A DNA stretch of 26,555 bases from positions 1 to 26,555 of the forward strand of contig CBKWLJ010000059.1 of the NCBI GenBank assembly GCA_966675205.1, given 5' to 3'. The first letter of the stretch is position 1. Each line of letters begins with the position of its first letter. Source of the stretch: an uncultured bacterium. Lineage in GTDB: Bacteria > Cyanobacteriota > Cyanobacteriia > Cyanobacteriales > Coleofasciculaceae. Shown here piece after piece: positions 16,854 to 25,763 of the stretch. The notes beneath the pieces were generated by a model that saw only the letters and a program-made list of their open reading frames with translations, had not been told where the DNA came from and searched no databases. The position numbers were made by a program, and so were the translations under genes.

Positions 16854-19820
16854 ATGGCAAATACTCTGAAGAACTGGCAGCTAAATCTTGAGAGACTGCG
16901 AGTTCAAGATGCACAAGAAGAAAGTTTTTTTAGTAACGGAGATGAACCTTATTTTGTAGTCATTGGATTCCGTTCGCGCTTTAATACATCCAACTCTACT
17001 CAAACGTTTTGGAGCGGGTTTCTCAATGATGATTGGGCTGATGGTGTAGATGATGGAGATCAAAGAAATATTCCTCGACAGATGGGTACGGTATCTTTTC
17101 CGAATGTGAAAACAGTTACAAGAGATGAATTGTTATCGGGAGAGCAACTGGAACTAGTCGGAGCAGTGGCAATTGCTTTTGAAAGCGATGCGACTCCTTT
17201 TAGCACTATCCGCAGCCTAGTGGATGAGCTCAGGTCGTCCTTAGAAGGAGAGGTGAGAAGGTTGATTGAAGAAGGACAGCTGAACCTCGCCAACCCAGGT
17301 CCTGATATCGCAAGTGCGATCAATCAAGTTAAATCTAGCATCGAGCCAAGCTTCTTGGAAGCGGTTGGGCTTTTCCTAGAATCCTTGGGTGATCCCGACG
17401 ACGTAATTGGAATCCATACCTTCCTGTTTGCAGCAGCTGATCCAACCCTAGCTAACTTAATTCCACTCCCTTCTCTACCCAATGCCACTATCGGAGTCTT
17501 AACTGAGCAACAATTTACAATCGGTCAGAATCCAATTGTTTTCTCAGGTGACGGAGCAACTTACCAAGTCATGACTTCGGTCAGTTCAATTAGTGTTGAG
17601 CCGCCTAGGTCTGTATTCCAGGTCACTAATACAAATGACAGTGGATCTGGCTCTTTACGCGATGCCATCGCTCAAGCCAACGCCAGTGCGGGGTCAGACA
17701 CGATTAGCTTCGTCGGTTCGGTTTTTACCGATGCGATTCCCGATACCATTACCCTCACTTCAGGACAACTGAGTATTACCGACGACCTCCGGATTGCTGG
17801 GCTTGGTGCTAACAACCTGACTGTCAGTGGTGCTGGTAGTTCCGACATCTTCTCGATTAACGGCGCTGAGGTTGAAATACAAGGGCTGACTATTGCCAAT
17901 GGTAGTGATGGCATCAAGGTCAACAGTAACAGCAACCTGACGATGACTGACAGCATCATTTCGGCGGGAGAGGATGGTATTAGGATCGACGAAAACGGAA
18001 ACAACAACACCGTGACGGTGAGCAATAGCATCATCAGCAAAAACTCAGGCGATGATGGTCTTGAAATCGGGGGAAGTAACAACACCGTAACGGTGACCAA
18101 CAGCGCCATCAGTGAAAACGAGGATGGCTTAGCTGTTGAGGGAAACAACAATACTGTGACAGTGATCAATAGCACCATCAGTCTCAATAGCGAGGATGGT
18201 CTCGAAATCGACGGAAGCAACAACACCGTGACGGTAACCAATCACACCACCATCAGCGAAAACACTGGTGATGGCATTGATATTACAAAGAATGGCAACA
18301 CCGTGGAAGTGAGCCAGAGTACCATCAGCTTCAATACCCAGAGTGGTATCGAACTTGATGACGAAGGAAGCGACAACACTGTGACGGTGATCGGTAGCAC
18401 CATCAGTGCAAACCAAGATAGTGGTATCAAGGTTGAGGGAAACAATAGCACTGTGACGGTGAGTGGCAGCGACATTGTCGGCAACTCCGCTCAACTCTTC
18501 GGCGGCGGCATCTTTAGTAGCGGTGGTTCCTCCAACACGTTGGAAGTCAGTGATAGCGTCATTAGCGGCAACACCGTATTAGGCGACGATTTCGGCAACA
18601 ATGGTGGCGGCATCTATAACAGTGCCCGAATGTCGTTGACCAACAGCATCCTTAGTGGCAACACGGCGTTCTCGAATGGCGGCATCGATAACAGTGGCAC
18701 CCTGACGCTGATCGACAGTACCATCAGCAGCAATGTGGGGAGGGACGCCAACAGTGGCATCGGTAACAGAGGCGAACTGACGGTAATTAACAGTACCATC
18801 AGCAACCACCAATCACGAGGCGGCGACGGCGGCATCGATAACGGTGGTACCTTGACGCTGATTAACAGTATCATCAGCAACAACAGCGGAACCGAGGGCG
18901 GCGGCATCGATAATAGCGGCACTCTGACGATGCTCGACAGCACCATCAGCGGCAACACAGCAAGCGGTGGAGGTGGTATCCGTAATAGTGGTACTGTGAC
19001 AATAACTAATAGCACTATCAGTGATAACACAGCTCAGACCAGTGGTGGCATTGAGAACACTGGCACTGTAACGGTAACCAATAGCACCATCAGCGGCAAC
19101 ACAGGGAACAACAGTGGCGGTCTTTTTAACGGCAGCACAGGCATCTTAGAGGTGACCAACAGCACCATCAGTGGCAACTTGGCAGCAGAAAGCGGCGGCG
19201 GCATCAATAATGATCAGGGCACCGTGACGGTGACCAATACCACCATTACTGCCAACATTGCTGATAGTGACCGTGATGGCACTGGTGATGGCGGCGGCAT
19301 TTATAACGACGGTACCGCCGAGGTCAGGAATACCATTATTGCTGGGAACTTCGATAACTCACCAGCACCTAACCCCATTCATCCTGACGTTTCCGGCAGC
19401 TTCACCACCACCAGCTTCAACCTAATTGGCGACGCCACAGGCAGCACGGGCTTCACAGACGGCGACAATGGCAACATTGTAGGCACTAGCTGTAATCCGA
19501 TTGACCCCCTACTTGGCCCGCTACAAGATAACGGCGGCCCCACCTTCACCCATGCCCTCCTCCCAGGCAGTCCTGCCATTAACGCAGGCAACAATGCCAA
19601 TATCCCAGCAGGTATTACTACCGACCAACGTGGTGAACCTCGGATTGTGGACGGTACGGTTGACATTGGTGCTTTTGAGGCTGCACTCTTTTCTCCTATA
19701 GTGATTTGTTGTTGTGAATACAATGGCGACCCTTGGAACACGACGAACAATCATCAACTCTCAGCTTTCTCGACTGACACAGACAGCAACTTGATTCCTG
19801 TCGCGGATTGTTGGGTGTAA
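16854..19820 (+). CDS. Large right-handed parallel beta-helix / PMP-type repeat protein with a C-terminal 'choice-of-anchor Q'-like domain; no N-terminal signal peptide
   Basis: 988 aa with GGAG RBS 9 to 12 nt upstream. Residues 1 to about 250 form a unique hydrophilic domain. About 20-aa beta-helix repeats follow (NNTVTVTNSxISxNxDGLEIDGS), then PMP-like repeats (GGGIDNSGTLTLIDSTISGNTA). The C-terminal motif is LLGPLQDNGGPTFTHALLPGSPAINAG...DQRGEPR...DIGAFE, followed by an unusual tail ending ...IVICCCEYNGDPW...VADCWV. Confidence 0.8.
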   Translation: MANTLKNWQLNLERLRVQDAQEESFFSNGDEPYFVVIGFRSRFNTSNSTQTFWSGFLNDDWADGVDDGDQRNIPRQMGTVSFPNVKTVTRDELLSGEQLELVGAVAIAFESDATPFSTIRSLVDELRSSLEGEVRRLIEEGQLNLANPGPDIASAINQVKSSIEPSFLEAVGLFLESLGDPDDVIGIHTFLFAAADPTLANLIPLPSLPNATIGVLTEQQFTIGQNPIVFSGDGATYQVMTSVSSISVEPPRSVFQVTNTNDSGSGSLRDAIAQANASAGSDTISFVGSVFTDAIPDTITLTSGQLSITDDLRIAGLGANNLTVSGAGSSDIFSINGAEVEIQGLTIANGSDGIKVNSNSNLTMTDSIISAGEDGIRIDENGNNNTVTVSNSIISKNSGDDGLEIGGSNNTVTVTNSAISENEDGLAVEGNNNTVTVINSTISLNSEDGLEIDGSNNTVTVTNHTTISENTGDGIDITKNGNTVEVSQSTISFNTQSGIELDDEGSDNTVTVIGSTISANQDSGIKVEGNNSTVTVSGSDIVGNSAQLFGGGIFSSGGSSNTLEVSDSVISGNTVLGDDFGNNGGGIYNSARMSLTNSILSGNTAFSNGGIDNSGTLTLIDSTISSNVGRDANSGIGNRGELTVINSTISNHQSRGGDGGIDNGGTLTLINSIISNNSGTEGGGIDNSGTLTMLDSTISGNTASGGGGIRNSGTVTITNSTISDNTAQTSGGIENTGTVTVTNSTISGNTGNNSGGLFNGSTGILEVTNSTISGNLAAESGGGINNDQGTVTVTNTTITANIADSDRDGTGDGGGIYNDGTAEVRNTIIAGNFDNSPAPNPIHPDVSGSFTTTSFNLIGDATGSTGFTDGDNGNIVGTSCNPIDPLLGPLQDNGGPTFTHALLPGSPAINAGNNANIPAGITTDQRGEPRIVDGTVDIGAFEAALFSPIVICCCEYNGDPWNTTNNHQLSAFSTDTDSNLIPVADCWV
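17850..19290. repeat. Intragenic near-identical 60 to 69-nt DNA repeats encoding the beta-helix/PMP repeats (for example aacaacaccgtgacggtgaccaacagc, agcaccatcagcggcaacac)
   Basis: Recurrent nucleotide strings are seen directly. They explain the spurious antisense ORFs in the ORF track. Confidence 0.7.
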
Positions 19821-19876
19821 TTTAGCCCAAAGAAGCGATCGCATCCTATCTAGCTGCTTAACTTTTGAGCACCCGC

Positions 19877-19895
19877 GTCCCCACTTGCTGGGGAC
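19877..19895 (+). terminator. Hairpin GTCCCCA-cttgc-TGGGGAC 57 nt after the beta-helix gene stop
   Basis: The 7-bp perfect stem is seen directly. There is no U-tract; a second GC hairpin (GGGGTGACACCCC) lies at about 19946. Confidence 0.3.
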
Positions 19896-20008
19896 ACTAA
19901 TCGAGAGCGATCGCTCACTCACTCTTCATCAATTCTTTACAAATAGGGGGTGACACCCCTCACCCCGGAACGCCATAATAAGACTAGTAGATGCACCCTG
20001 ATGATCGG

Positions 20009-20040
20009 GAGAGTTACCACAAGTGACTCTCTTTTTTTTT
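20009..20040 (+). terminator. Rho-independent terminator candidate: GAGAGT-(11 nt)-ACTCTC followed by T9
   Basis: The 6-bp stem at 20009-20014 / 20026-20031 and the T-run at 20032-20040 are seen directly. It lies in the convergent gap between the beta-helix gene and coaE. Confidence 0.4.
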
Positions 20041-20104
20041 ATAGAGAATTCAGTAGGGACACGGCACTGCTGTGCCCAAACGATAAATTTGTTTTCATAC
20101 GCCC

Positions 20105-20683
20105 CTAAGCTAAGGCTAAATCAACCTGTTCGAGTAGCGCTTCTGCGGTTGAAGAATTATCCAGCACAACATCAGCACGAGCAACTTTCTCTGAAAGAGG
20201 AAGTTGATTATTAATACGGATTTGAGCTTGCTCTGGAGAAAAGCGATCGCGTTCTATAATTCGCTGTAGCTGTTGTTCGGGCGAACAGCTAACCACCCAA
20301 ATTTCCGTGACTAAGTCTGTCATCTCCGCTTCAAACAACAAGGGAATGACCAAGACTACAGTAGCAGTATCCAACCTCTGGAGTTCTGCGAGGATGCGAT
20401 CGCGAACATAAGGATGGATTTGTTGCTCCAACCACTGCTTTTCATCCGGGTACCTGAAAACAATTTCACCCAAGTATTGCCGATTGAGAGTGCCATCCGG
20501 CAACTTAACCGCCACACCAAAGCGTTCAAAAATTTCACTTAGGATAGGCGAACCTTCTTGCACCGCTTCCCTGGCATAGATATCCGCATCTAAAACAGGA
20601 AGCTGGTGATGGTTTGCTAAGTAATTTGCGACTGTCGTTTTCCCAGTGCCAATGCCACCAGTTAGACCAATAATTCGTTTCAA
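20105..20683 (-). CDS. coaE: Dephospho-CoA kinase
   Basis: 192 aa. It begins MKRIIGLTGGIGTGKTTVANYL (P-loop) and the length and layout are typical of CoaE. Confidence 0.9.
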   Translation of the reverse strand: MKRIIGLTGGIGTGKTTVANYLANHHQLPVLDADIYAREAVQEGSPILSEIFERFGVAVKLPDGTLNRQYLGEIVFRYPDEKQWLEQQIHPYVRDRILAELQRLDTATVVLVIPLLFEAEMTDLVTEIWVVSCSPEQQLQRIIERDRFSPEQAQIRINNQLPLSEKVARADVVLDNSSTAEALLEQVDLALA

Positions 20684-20996
20684 GAGGAATATGTGATGAA
20701 ATAATACGTTATGAATTAAGGGTATTCACAAGAAAGCTGAAACTCAACCCTCAGAGAATGTCTCAGAAGTATCAGATCCCCCCTAGCCCCCCTTAAAAAG
20801 GGGGGAACAAAAACTCTTGAAAGTCCCCCGTCATATCAAAGGCGAAGCAACTTAAGAGCATCCCCCTTGTTAAGGGGGACAGGAGGGGGATCTCTTTGGG
20901 GGATTTAGGGGGATCTCCAGGGAGTTACAATTCTTTAGAGACAACCTCTAAGACCTTCTTCATAGAGCAGCTCTAAAGTTAAGGTAGGAAAACAGG

Positions 20997-22370
20997 ATGC
21001 TTACTCAAGCCCCAGTCAAAGACATTATCCGCAAGCAACGAGAATTTTTTGCTACGGGCACCACGAAAGATGTTGATTGGCGCATTGCACAACTCAAGAA
21101 ACTCAAGCAAGCTGTCGTCGATTATCAAGAGGCAATTGTCAACGCCGTTAAAGCGGACTTAGGACGCCCGGATTTTGAGGCGTATTTTGAAATTGCCTCG
21201 ATTTCAGAAATCAACTACGCCCTCAAAAACCTGAAATCTTGGGTTAAACCGAAAAAAGTCTCTACAGGCATTGAACAATTTCCCGCCTCTGCCCGAATTT
21301 ATCCCGAACCCTTGGGCGTGGTTCTAATTATTTCGCCTTGGAACTATCCGTTCCAGTTGATGATTTCTCCCTTAGTGGGAGCAATGGCAGCGGGTAACTG
21401 TGCCGTCCTCAAACCCTCCGAAATTGCTGCCAATACCTCTAAGGTAATAGCAGATATTATCCAAAAAAACTTCGACCCTGACTATATTGCCGTTGTAGAA
21501 GGTGGGGTGGAAATCAGTCAACAACTTTTAGAAGAAAAATTCGATCACATCTTTTTCACTGGTGGTACTGCGATTGGCAAAGTTGTGATGCAGGCAGCAG
21601 CGAAGCATCTCACGCCTGTAACTCTGGAATTAGGAGGCAAGAGTCCTTGTATTGTGGATGCGGATGTTGACCTAAAACATACCGCAAAACGCATTACCTG
21701 GGGGAAATACCTGAATGCAGGGCAAACTTGTATTGCTCCCGATTATCTTTTAGTCGATCGCCGCATCAAATCCGAACTCTTGACAGAAATCAAAAAATGT
21801 GTAAAAGAGTTTTATGGAGATGACCCTGCTCAAAGTCCCGACTATGGTCGAATTGTTAGCCCCAGACATTTTGAGCGCTTAGAATCCCTATTAAAAGAAG
21901 GGAAAATTGTCATCGGTGGGCAAGCCAAACCCGAAGAAAAGTTTATTGCGCCTACAGTATTGGATGGGGTGTCCTGGGAATCACCCGTGATGCAAGAGGA
22001 AATTTTTGGTCCGATTTTACCAGTACTCGAATACACTGACCTCAAGGAAGCGATCGCACAAATCAACGCTCGACCCAAACCTTTAGCACTGTATATCTTT
22101 TCCAACGACAAACAAAAGCAGCAGCAAGTGTTGCAATCCACCTCCTCCGGTGGCCTTTGTATCAATGACACCGTCATGCAAGTTGCTGCCTCAACTCTAC
22201 CGTTTGGGGGTGTCGGGGATAGCGGGATTGGCAACTATCATGGAAGAGCCAGTTTTGATGCCTTTTCCCACTACAAGAGTGTACTTAAAAAAGGCTTGTG
22301 GTTCGATCAAAGTTGGCGCTATCCCCCGTACAACAATAAACTTCCGCTGCTCAAGCGAATTATCGGATAA
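20997..22370 (+). CDS. NAD(P)+-dependent aldehyde dehydrogenase, ALDH3 / fatty-aldehyde dehydrogenase-like
   Basis: 457 aa. The catalytic Glu motif ELGGKSPCIVD and the catalytic Cys motif GQTCIAPDY are present, with the Rossmann motif FTGGTAIGK. Confidence 0.9.
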   Translation: MLTQAPVKDIIRKQREFFATGTTKDVDWRIAQLKKLKQAVVDYQEAIVNAVKADLGRPDFEAYFEIASISEINYALKNLKSWVKPKKVSTGIEQFPASARIYPEPLGVVLIISPWNYPFQLMISPLVGAMAAGNCAVLKPSEIAANTSKVIADIIQKNFDPDYIAVVEGGVEISQQLLEEKFDHIFFTGGTAIGKVVMQAAAKHLTPVTLELGGKSPCIVDADVDLKHTAKRITWGKYLNAGQTCIAPDYLLVDRRIKSELLTEIKKCVKEFYGDDPAQSPDYGRIVSPRHFERLESLLKEGKIVIGGQAKPEEKFIAPTVLDGVSWESPVMQEEIFGPILPVLEYTDLKEAIAQINARPKPLALYIFSNDKQKQQQVLQSTSSGGLCINDTVMQVAASTLPFGGVGDSGIGNYHGRASFDAFSHYKSVLKKGLWFDQSWRYPPYNNKLPLLKRIIG

Positions 22371-22376
22371 CAAAAA

Positions 22377-22413
22377 TAATTCGGAATTCGCAATTCGGAA
22401 TTCGCAATTCATT
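22377..22413. repeat. Tandem 14-mer (AATTCGGAATTCGC)x2.3 starting 7 nt after the ALDH stop; same unit as at 4421-4434
   Basis: The tandem repeat is seen directly. Confidence 0.8.
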
Positions 22414-22564
22414 CTTCAGCAATTGGTAGCAATTTGTAGGGCGGGCAAAAGCGATAGAACTAGAAAAGCTTATGTTATCGTTGCTTAATTTTGCCCACCC
22501 TACCCTTCTCCAAGATTGCCTATAAACGAAAATAAAAGTGTAGCCTCTTGTTCTGTGTTTAGCC

Positions 22565-23998
22565 TTGAGTTATACCCAAACCCCCCAATCCAACACCACG
22601 CCGGGCAGTCCAACCCCCCAAACGCGCAAAGACCAACAAGAAACTCAGTTCAACCGCACCCGCGCCAGTTTGCGGCAAGCGTTGTCCTGGTATTCCAACT
22701 TGCGCCGCCATCGAGATCATCTCCCCGATGTAGAACTGCAAGCGGCACTGCGTTCTGAAATCGAGGCGTTGAAGTCTGCTTTAGACAAACTCGACCAATC
22801 CGTCATTCGCATTGCTGCTTTTGGTTTAGTCAGTCGCGGTAAATCAGCCGTTGTCAATGCCTTACTCGGACAGAAAATTGTGCAAACGGGCCCGCTTCAC
22901 GGTGTCACTCAATGGCCCCGTTCCGTCCGTTGGACTCCGAATGCCGAAGGGAAGGTGCAGGTTGAGTTAATTGATACACCGGGATTGGATGAAATTCAAG
23001 GGGAATCACGGGCGCAGATGGCACGGGAGGTTGCCACACAAGCGGATTTAATTTTGTTTGTCGTGGCCGGTGATATTACGCGGACTGAGTATCAGGCGCT
23101 GTGCGAACTGCGGCAAATGCAAAAGCCGATGATTTTGGTGTTTAATAAAATCGACTTGTATCCCGACCAAGATAGAGAGGCGATTTACCGACAGTTGCAA
23201 CAACTCGGAACAGGAAGTCCCAAAGATCGGCGTCTGCAAAGGCTATTATCCGAAGATGAGATTGTGATGATTGCGGCAGAACCCGCACCGATAGAAGTCC
23301 GAGTGGAGTGGCCCGATGGTCGAGTCAGTTATGAATGGGAGACGCCGCCGCCTCAGATTGATGAGTTGAAGCACAAGATTTTTAAGGTACTCAACCAGGA
23401 AGGGCGATCGCTTTTAGCCCTCAATGCTCTATTTCAAGCCCGAAATGCCGAAGCGAGTATTGCTAAGAAAACTCTTGAACTCCGCAGGGCCCAAGCAGAA
23501 GACTTAATCTGGCGCTTTACCAAGTATAAGGCGCTGGCAGTCGCACTGAATCCGATTGGGGTACTGGATGTTTTGGGGGGTGCTGTTGCAGACTTAGCCC
23601 TGATTCGTTCCCTATCCCGGTTGTACGGGTTACCCATGACGAGTTATGAAGCAGGTAAACTGTGGAAGAAAATTGTAGTCAGTTCTGGTGGCTTGCTCCT
23701 AGGGGAACTCGGTAGCAGTATGCTATTTGGGTTAGGCAAAAGTGCCTCTGCCGTTGCCAGCACCTTTGATAGCGCAGCAGGTTTGACGGCGTATGCTGGA
23801 AGTGCGATCGCACAAGCTGGAATTGCCGGGTATGGGGCTTATGCGGTAGGCCAAGCAACACAAATCTATTTAGAACAAGGCTGTTCCTGGGGAGAACTCG
23901 GCCCTAGTACTGTGATCCAAGACATCCTCAATCAAGTAGAACCCGATACAATTCTTTATCGCCTGCGGCAGGAATTAGGACAACAACTGGAATTATGA
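22565..23998 (+). CDS. GTP-binding protein: Era/EngA-like G domain plus C-terminal glycine-zipper (DUF697-like) region
   Basis: The G1 motif is GLVSRGKSAVVNALLG, G3 is DTPGLDE and G4 is NKID. The C-terminus is rich in GxxxG/A small-residue repeats. The start is uncertain: the ORF opens with TTG at 22565, has no in-frame ATG before the G1 motif, and the first 40 residues are low-complexity P/T/Q. Confidence 0.7.
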   Translation: MSYTQTPQSNTTPGSPTPQTRKDQQETQFNRTRASLRQALSWYSNLRRHRDHLPDVELQAALRSEIEALKSALDKLDQSVIRIAAFGLVSRGKSAVVNALLGQKIVQTGPLHGVTQWPRSVRWTPNAEGKVQVELIDTPGLDEIQGESRAQMAREVATQADLILFVVAGDITRTEYQALCELRQMQKPMILVFNKIDLYPDQDREAIYRQLQQLGTGSPKDRRLQRLLSEDEIVMIAAEPAPIEVRVEWPDGRVSYEWETPPPQIDELKHKIFKVLNQEGRSLLALNALFQARNAEASIAKKTLELRRAQAEDLIWRFTKYKALAVALNPIGVLDVLGGAVADLALIRSLSRLYGLPMTSYEAGKLWKKIVVSSGGLLLGELGSSMLFGLGKSASAVASTFDSAAGLTAYAGSAIAQAGIAGYGAYAVGQATQIYLEQGCSWGELGPSTVIQDILNQVEPDTILYRLRQELGQQLEL

Positions 23999-24018
23999 AT
24001 TATGAATTATGAATTACA
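23991..24018. repeat. Heptamer tandem repeat (AATTATG)x3.7 overlapping the GTPase TGA stop codon
   Basis: The sequence ggaattatgaattatgaattatgaattaca is seen directly. The stop TGA at 23996-23998 is part of the repeat unit. Confidence 0.8.
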
Positions 24019-24041
24019 GGAGAATTCAGGAGTCAGGAATC

Positions 24042-24154
24042 ATATCATTCCCGTTTGCATCAGAATTCACTGAAATTTTGCCCCAAAACCTCTGCGTTCT
24101 TGGAGCGAAAAACTCTGTGACCTCTGCGTTAAAAAATCTTATTCCGATAATAAC
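24042..24154. repeat. Left copy of an approx. 113-bp inverted repeat pair (about 88% identical to the reverse complement of 25764-25877)
   Basis: Manual alignment: the reverse complement of 24042-24154 (gttattatcggaataagattttttaacgcagaggtcacagag...caaacgggaatgatat) matches 25764-25877 (gttactatcggaatagtatttttttaacgcaaaggtcacagag...caaacggaaatgatat). Each copy carries an internal direct repeat ACCTCTGCGTT. Confidence 0.8.
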
Positions 24155-24238
24155 AGATTCAACCCATATTTCTTGTGAGATGGGCAGTCTTGCCCGTCTA
24201 GACCTAAAAATTGAAAGTGCAACAGCTTAACAATAATC

Positions 24239-25108
24239 CTAAAGAATAATGATGCTAAAAGCATCATCTCCAATATCCCTACGAATTTGGTAAATAGCCT
24301 GATAAACCTTAGAAACAACCATAAAACTTGGTCTTGAATCCGGTAAAAAATACAGACTACCAAACGTTCTGATATAGGAAGGTTGAATCACTTTAGTAGG
24401 ATTTCTTCTCAGAGGGTAATCCCAATCTTGGAATTCTTTTTCTAAAGCAACTATTGGCTGTTTAGATTCAGCTAAAGCAGAAACGTCAAAGTGCAGCGTT
24501 CCTGAATAATACACACCTGTATGCCATCCTCTCGGTTCATTTTTGGCAAACTCCGTTCCAAATCGTCGTCGTTTCACACTCTTGAAATTTGTCACCGACA
24601 GTTTAGCTTCATACTCTTTATCTTGACTCTTAAACCGAATCACCTCCATTACCATTTCAGGGGATGGTGCCTTTTGGGCGACTTCATAGTCTAATTGCTG
24701 CTGCAAAAAATCCTGTATTCGCTTTGGTAATTCTCCTGGAAGCTTAGGGTTTAGGGCAATAAATTTATCATAAAGAATAGGCTTTAAAGATAGCGTACTA
24801 GGATTTAAAGACCAAACATATCGTCCTTCTCTTTTGCTTTGAGGCGACCAAGGAAAAACATAAAAAGGAGAGGAGGGTGCAAAGATAACTTCGTCAGGTT
24901 TCTGCGAAGTCGTGTAAACTCTTGCACCTTGGTCAAACCAGGATAAAGGCTCAAAATGAGTAACCTTATTTTTTCCCACTCCAACTTTCCACGGGCTTTC
25001 AATCGCTGGTATGGGTCTACAAAACAGATAAAAGAATAATAATAAAGGAAGGATTAATGAAAAAATGCTAGCAATAATAATCTTCTGCCTAACCCTGATT
25101 CTTCGCAA
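24239..25108 (-). CDS. Hypothetical protein with N-terminal signal-anchor/TM segment; no recognisable family
   Basis: 289 aa. The N-terminus MRRIRVRQKIIIASIFSLILPLLLFFYLF is hydrophobic and the remainder is soluble. It lies inside the inverted-repeat-bounded segment. Confidence 0.55.
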   Translation of the reverse strand: MRRIRVRQKIIIASIFSLILPLLLFFYLFCRPIPAIESPWKVGVGKNKVTHFEPLSWFDQGARVYTTSQKPDEVIFAPSSPFYVFPWSPQSKREGRYVWSLNPSTLSLKPILYDKFIALNPKLPGELPKRIQDFLQQQLDYEVAQKAPSPEMVMEVIRFKSQDKEYEAKLSVTNFKSVKRRRFGTEFAKNEPRGWHTGVYYSGTLHFDVSALAESKQPIVALEKEFQDWDYPLRRNPTKVIQPSYIRTFGSLYFLPDSRPSFMVVSKVYQAIYQIRRDIGDDAFSIIIL

Positions 25109-25162
25109 CTGAATTCAACTCCTAAAGGGTGAGGGGGTATGAAAATTATAGAGAAAATATAA

Positions 25163-25220
25163 GGGCACGGCAATGCCGTACTCCTACCGTCGTTGATGTA
25201 AAAAAACTGATAGAGTCGAT
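25163..25220. repeat. Second copy of the dispersed hairpin repeat (GGGCACGGCAATGCCGTACTCC ... AAAAAAACTGATAGAG); compare 7650-7710
   Basis: Manual alignment shows a shared ACGGCAATGCCGT hairpin core plus a shared downstream AAAAA(A/T)ACTGAT(A/T)(G)AG tail. Confidence 0.6.
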
Positions 25221-25402
25221 TTATCCATATAGCCATGCAAGATAAATTATGAAAAATTTATATTTTATCTGTGTGCATCTGTGGTTTATTTTTCTCATAA
25301 ATCATTCCTGACTACTCTATATAATTGTAGGGGCAATTTATAAATCGCCCCTACTGCTTTTAATATCGGTTTTTTACTAACTCTGGAGATTTTCAAGAAT
25401 TG

Positions 25403-25654
25403 TTATGCGGAAGTCTCAGCATTGTTGGAGATGCTGATGTCAGCCTTAGCACGGTTCAACATAGCCTCTTTTAAATGTTCATCGTTGTGACGTTGTTGGG
25501 CTACTAACTCCCGCGCGTGTTCCTTAGTAAGGTTATTAGCATCATCTGGATTATCGACCTCTGCCTCTGCACGGTCTAACATTGATTCTTTCAATTGTTT
25601 ATCATGCTGACGATTCTGTGTTAGCAATTCTCGTGCTTGTTCTTCTGTACTCAT
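25403..25654 (-). CDS. Small hydrophilic protein (83 aa) built from two tandem repeats of about 35 aa
   Basis: EEQARELLTQNRQHDKQLKESMLDRAEAEV and KEHARELVAQQRHNDEHLKEAMLNRAKADI are clear internal duplicates. The underlying DNA repeat is visible at 25430-25640. The gene lies inside the inverted-repeat-bounded segment. Confidence 0.55.
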   Translation of the reverse strand: MSTEEQARELLTQNRQHDKQLKESMLDRAEAEVDNPDDANNLTKEHARELVAQQRHNDEHLKEAMLNRAKADISISNNAETSA

Positions 25655-25763
25655 GTGTTTTCTCCCTGTAACAACAAGCTTCTGTTCTCAGATTTACACG
25701 TTTCTAGTTAGACAGTAGCGAATAGAACAGAAAAATTCATAACTCTAAAGTAATATCCAATCC

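Noticed and set aside
17672-19030. Several long antisense ORFs (189, 138, 121, 80, 77 aa) inside the beta-helix gene
   Set aside because: They are Leu/Val/Pro-rich low-complexity translations of the complementary strand of the Thr/Val/Asn/Ser repeat codons. This is an artefact of the periodic DNA repeats.
22150-22488. 112-aa plus-strand ORF overlapping the end of the ALDH gene in another frame
   Set aside because: It lies inside the well-supported ALDH frame and runs through the 14-mer repeat; it is spurious.
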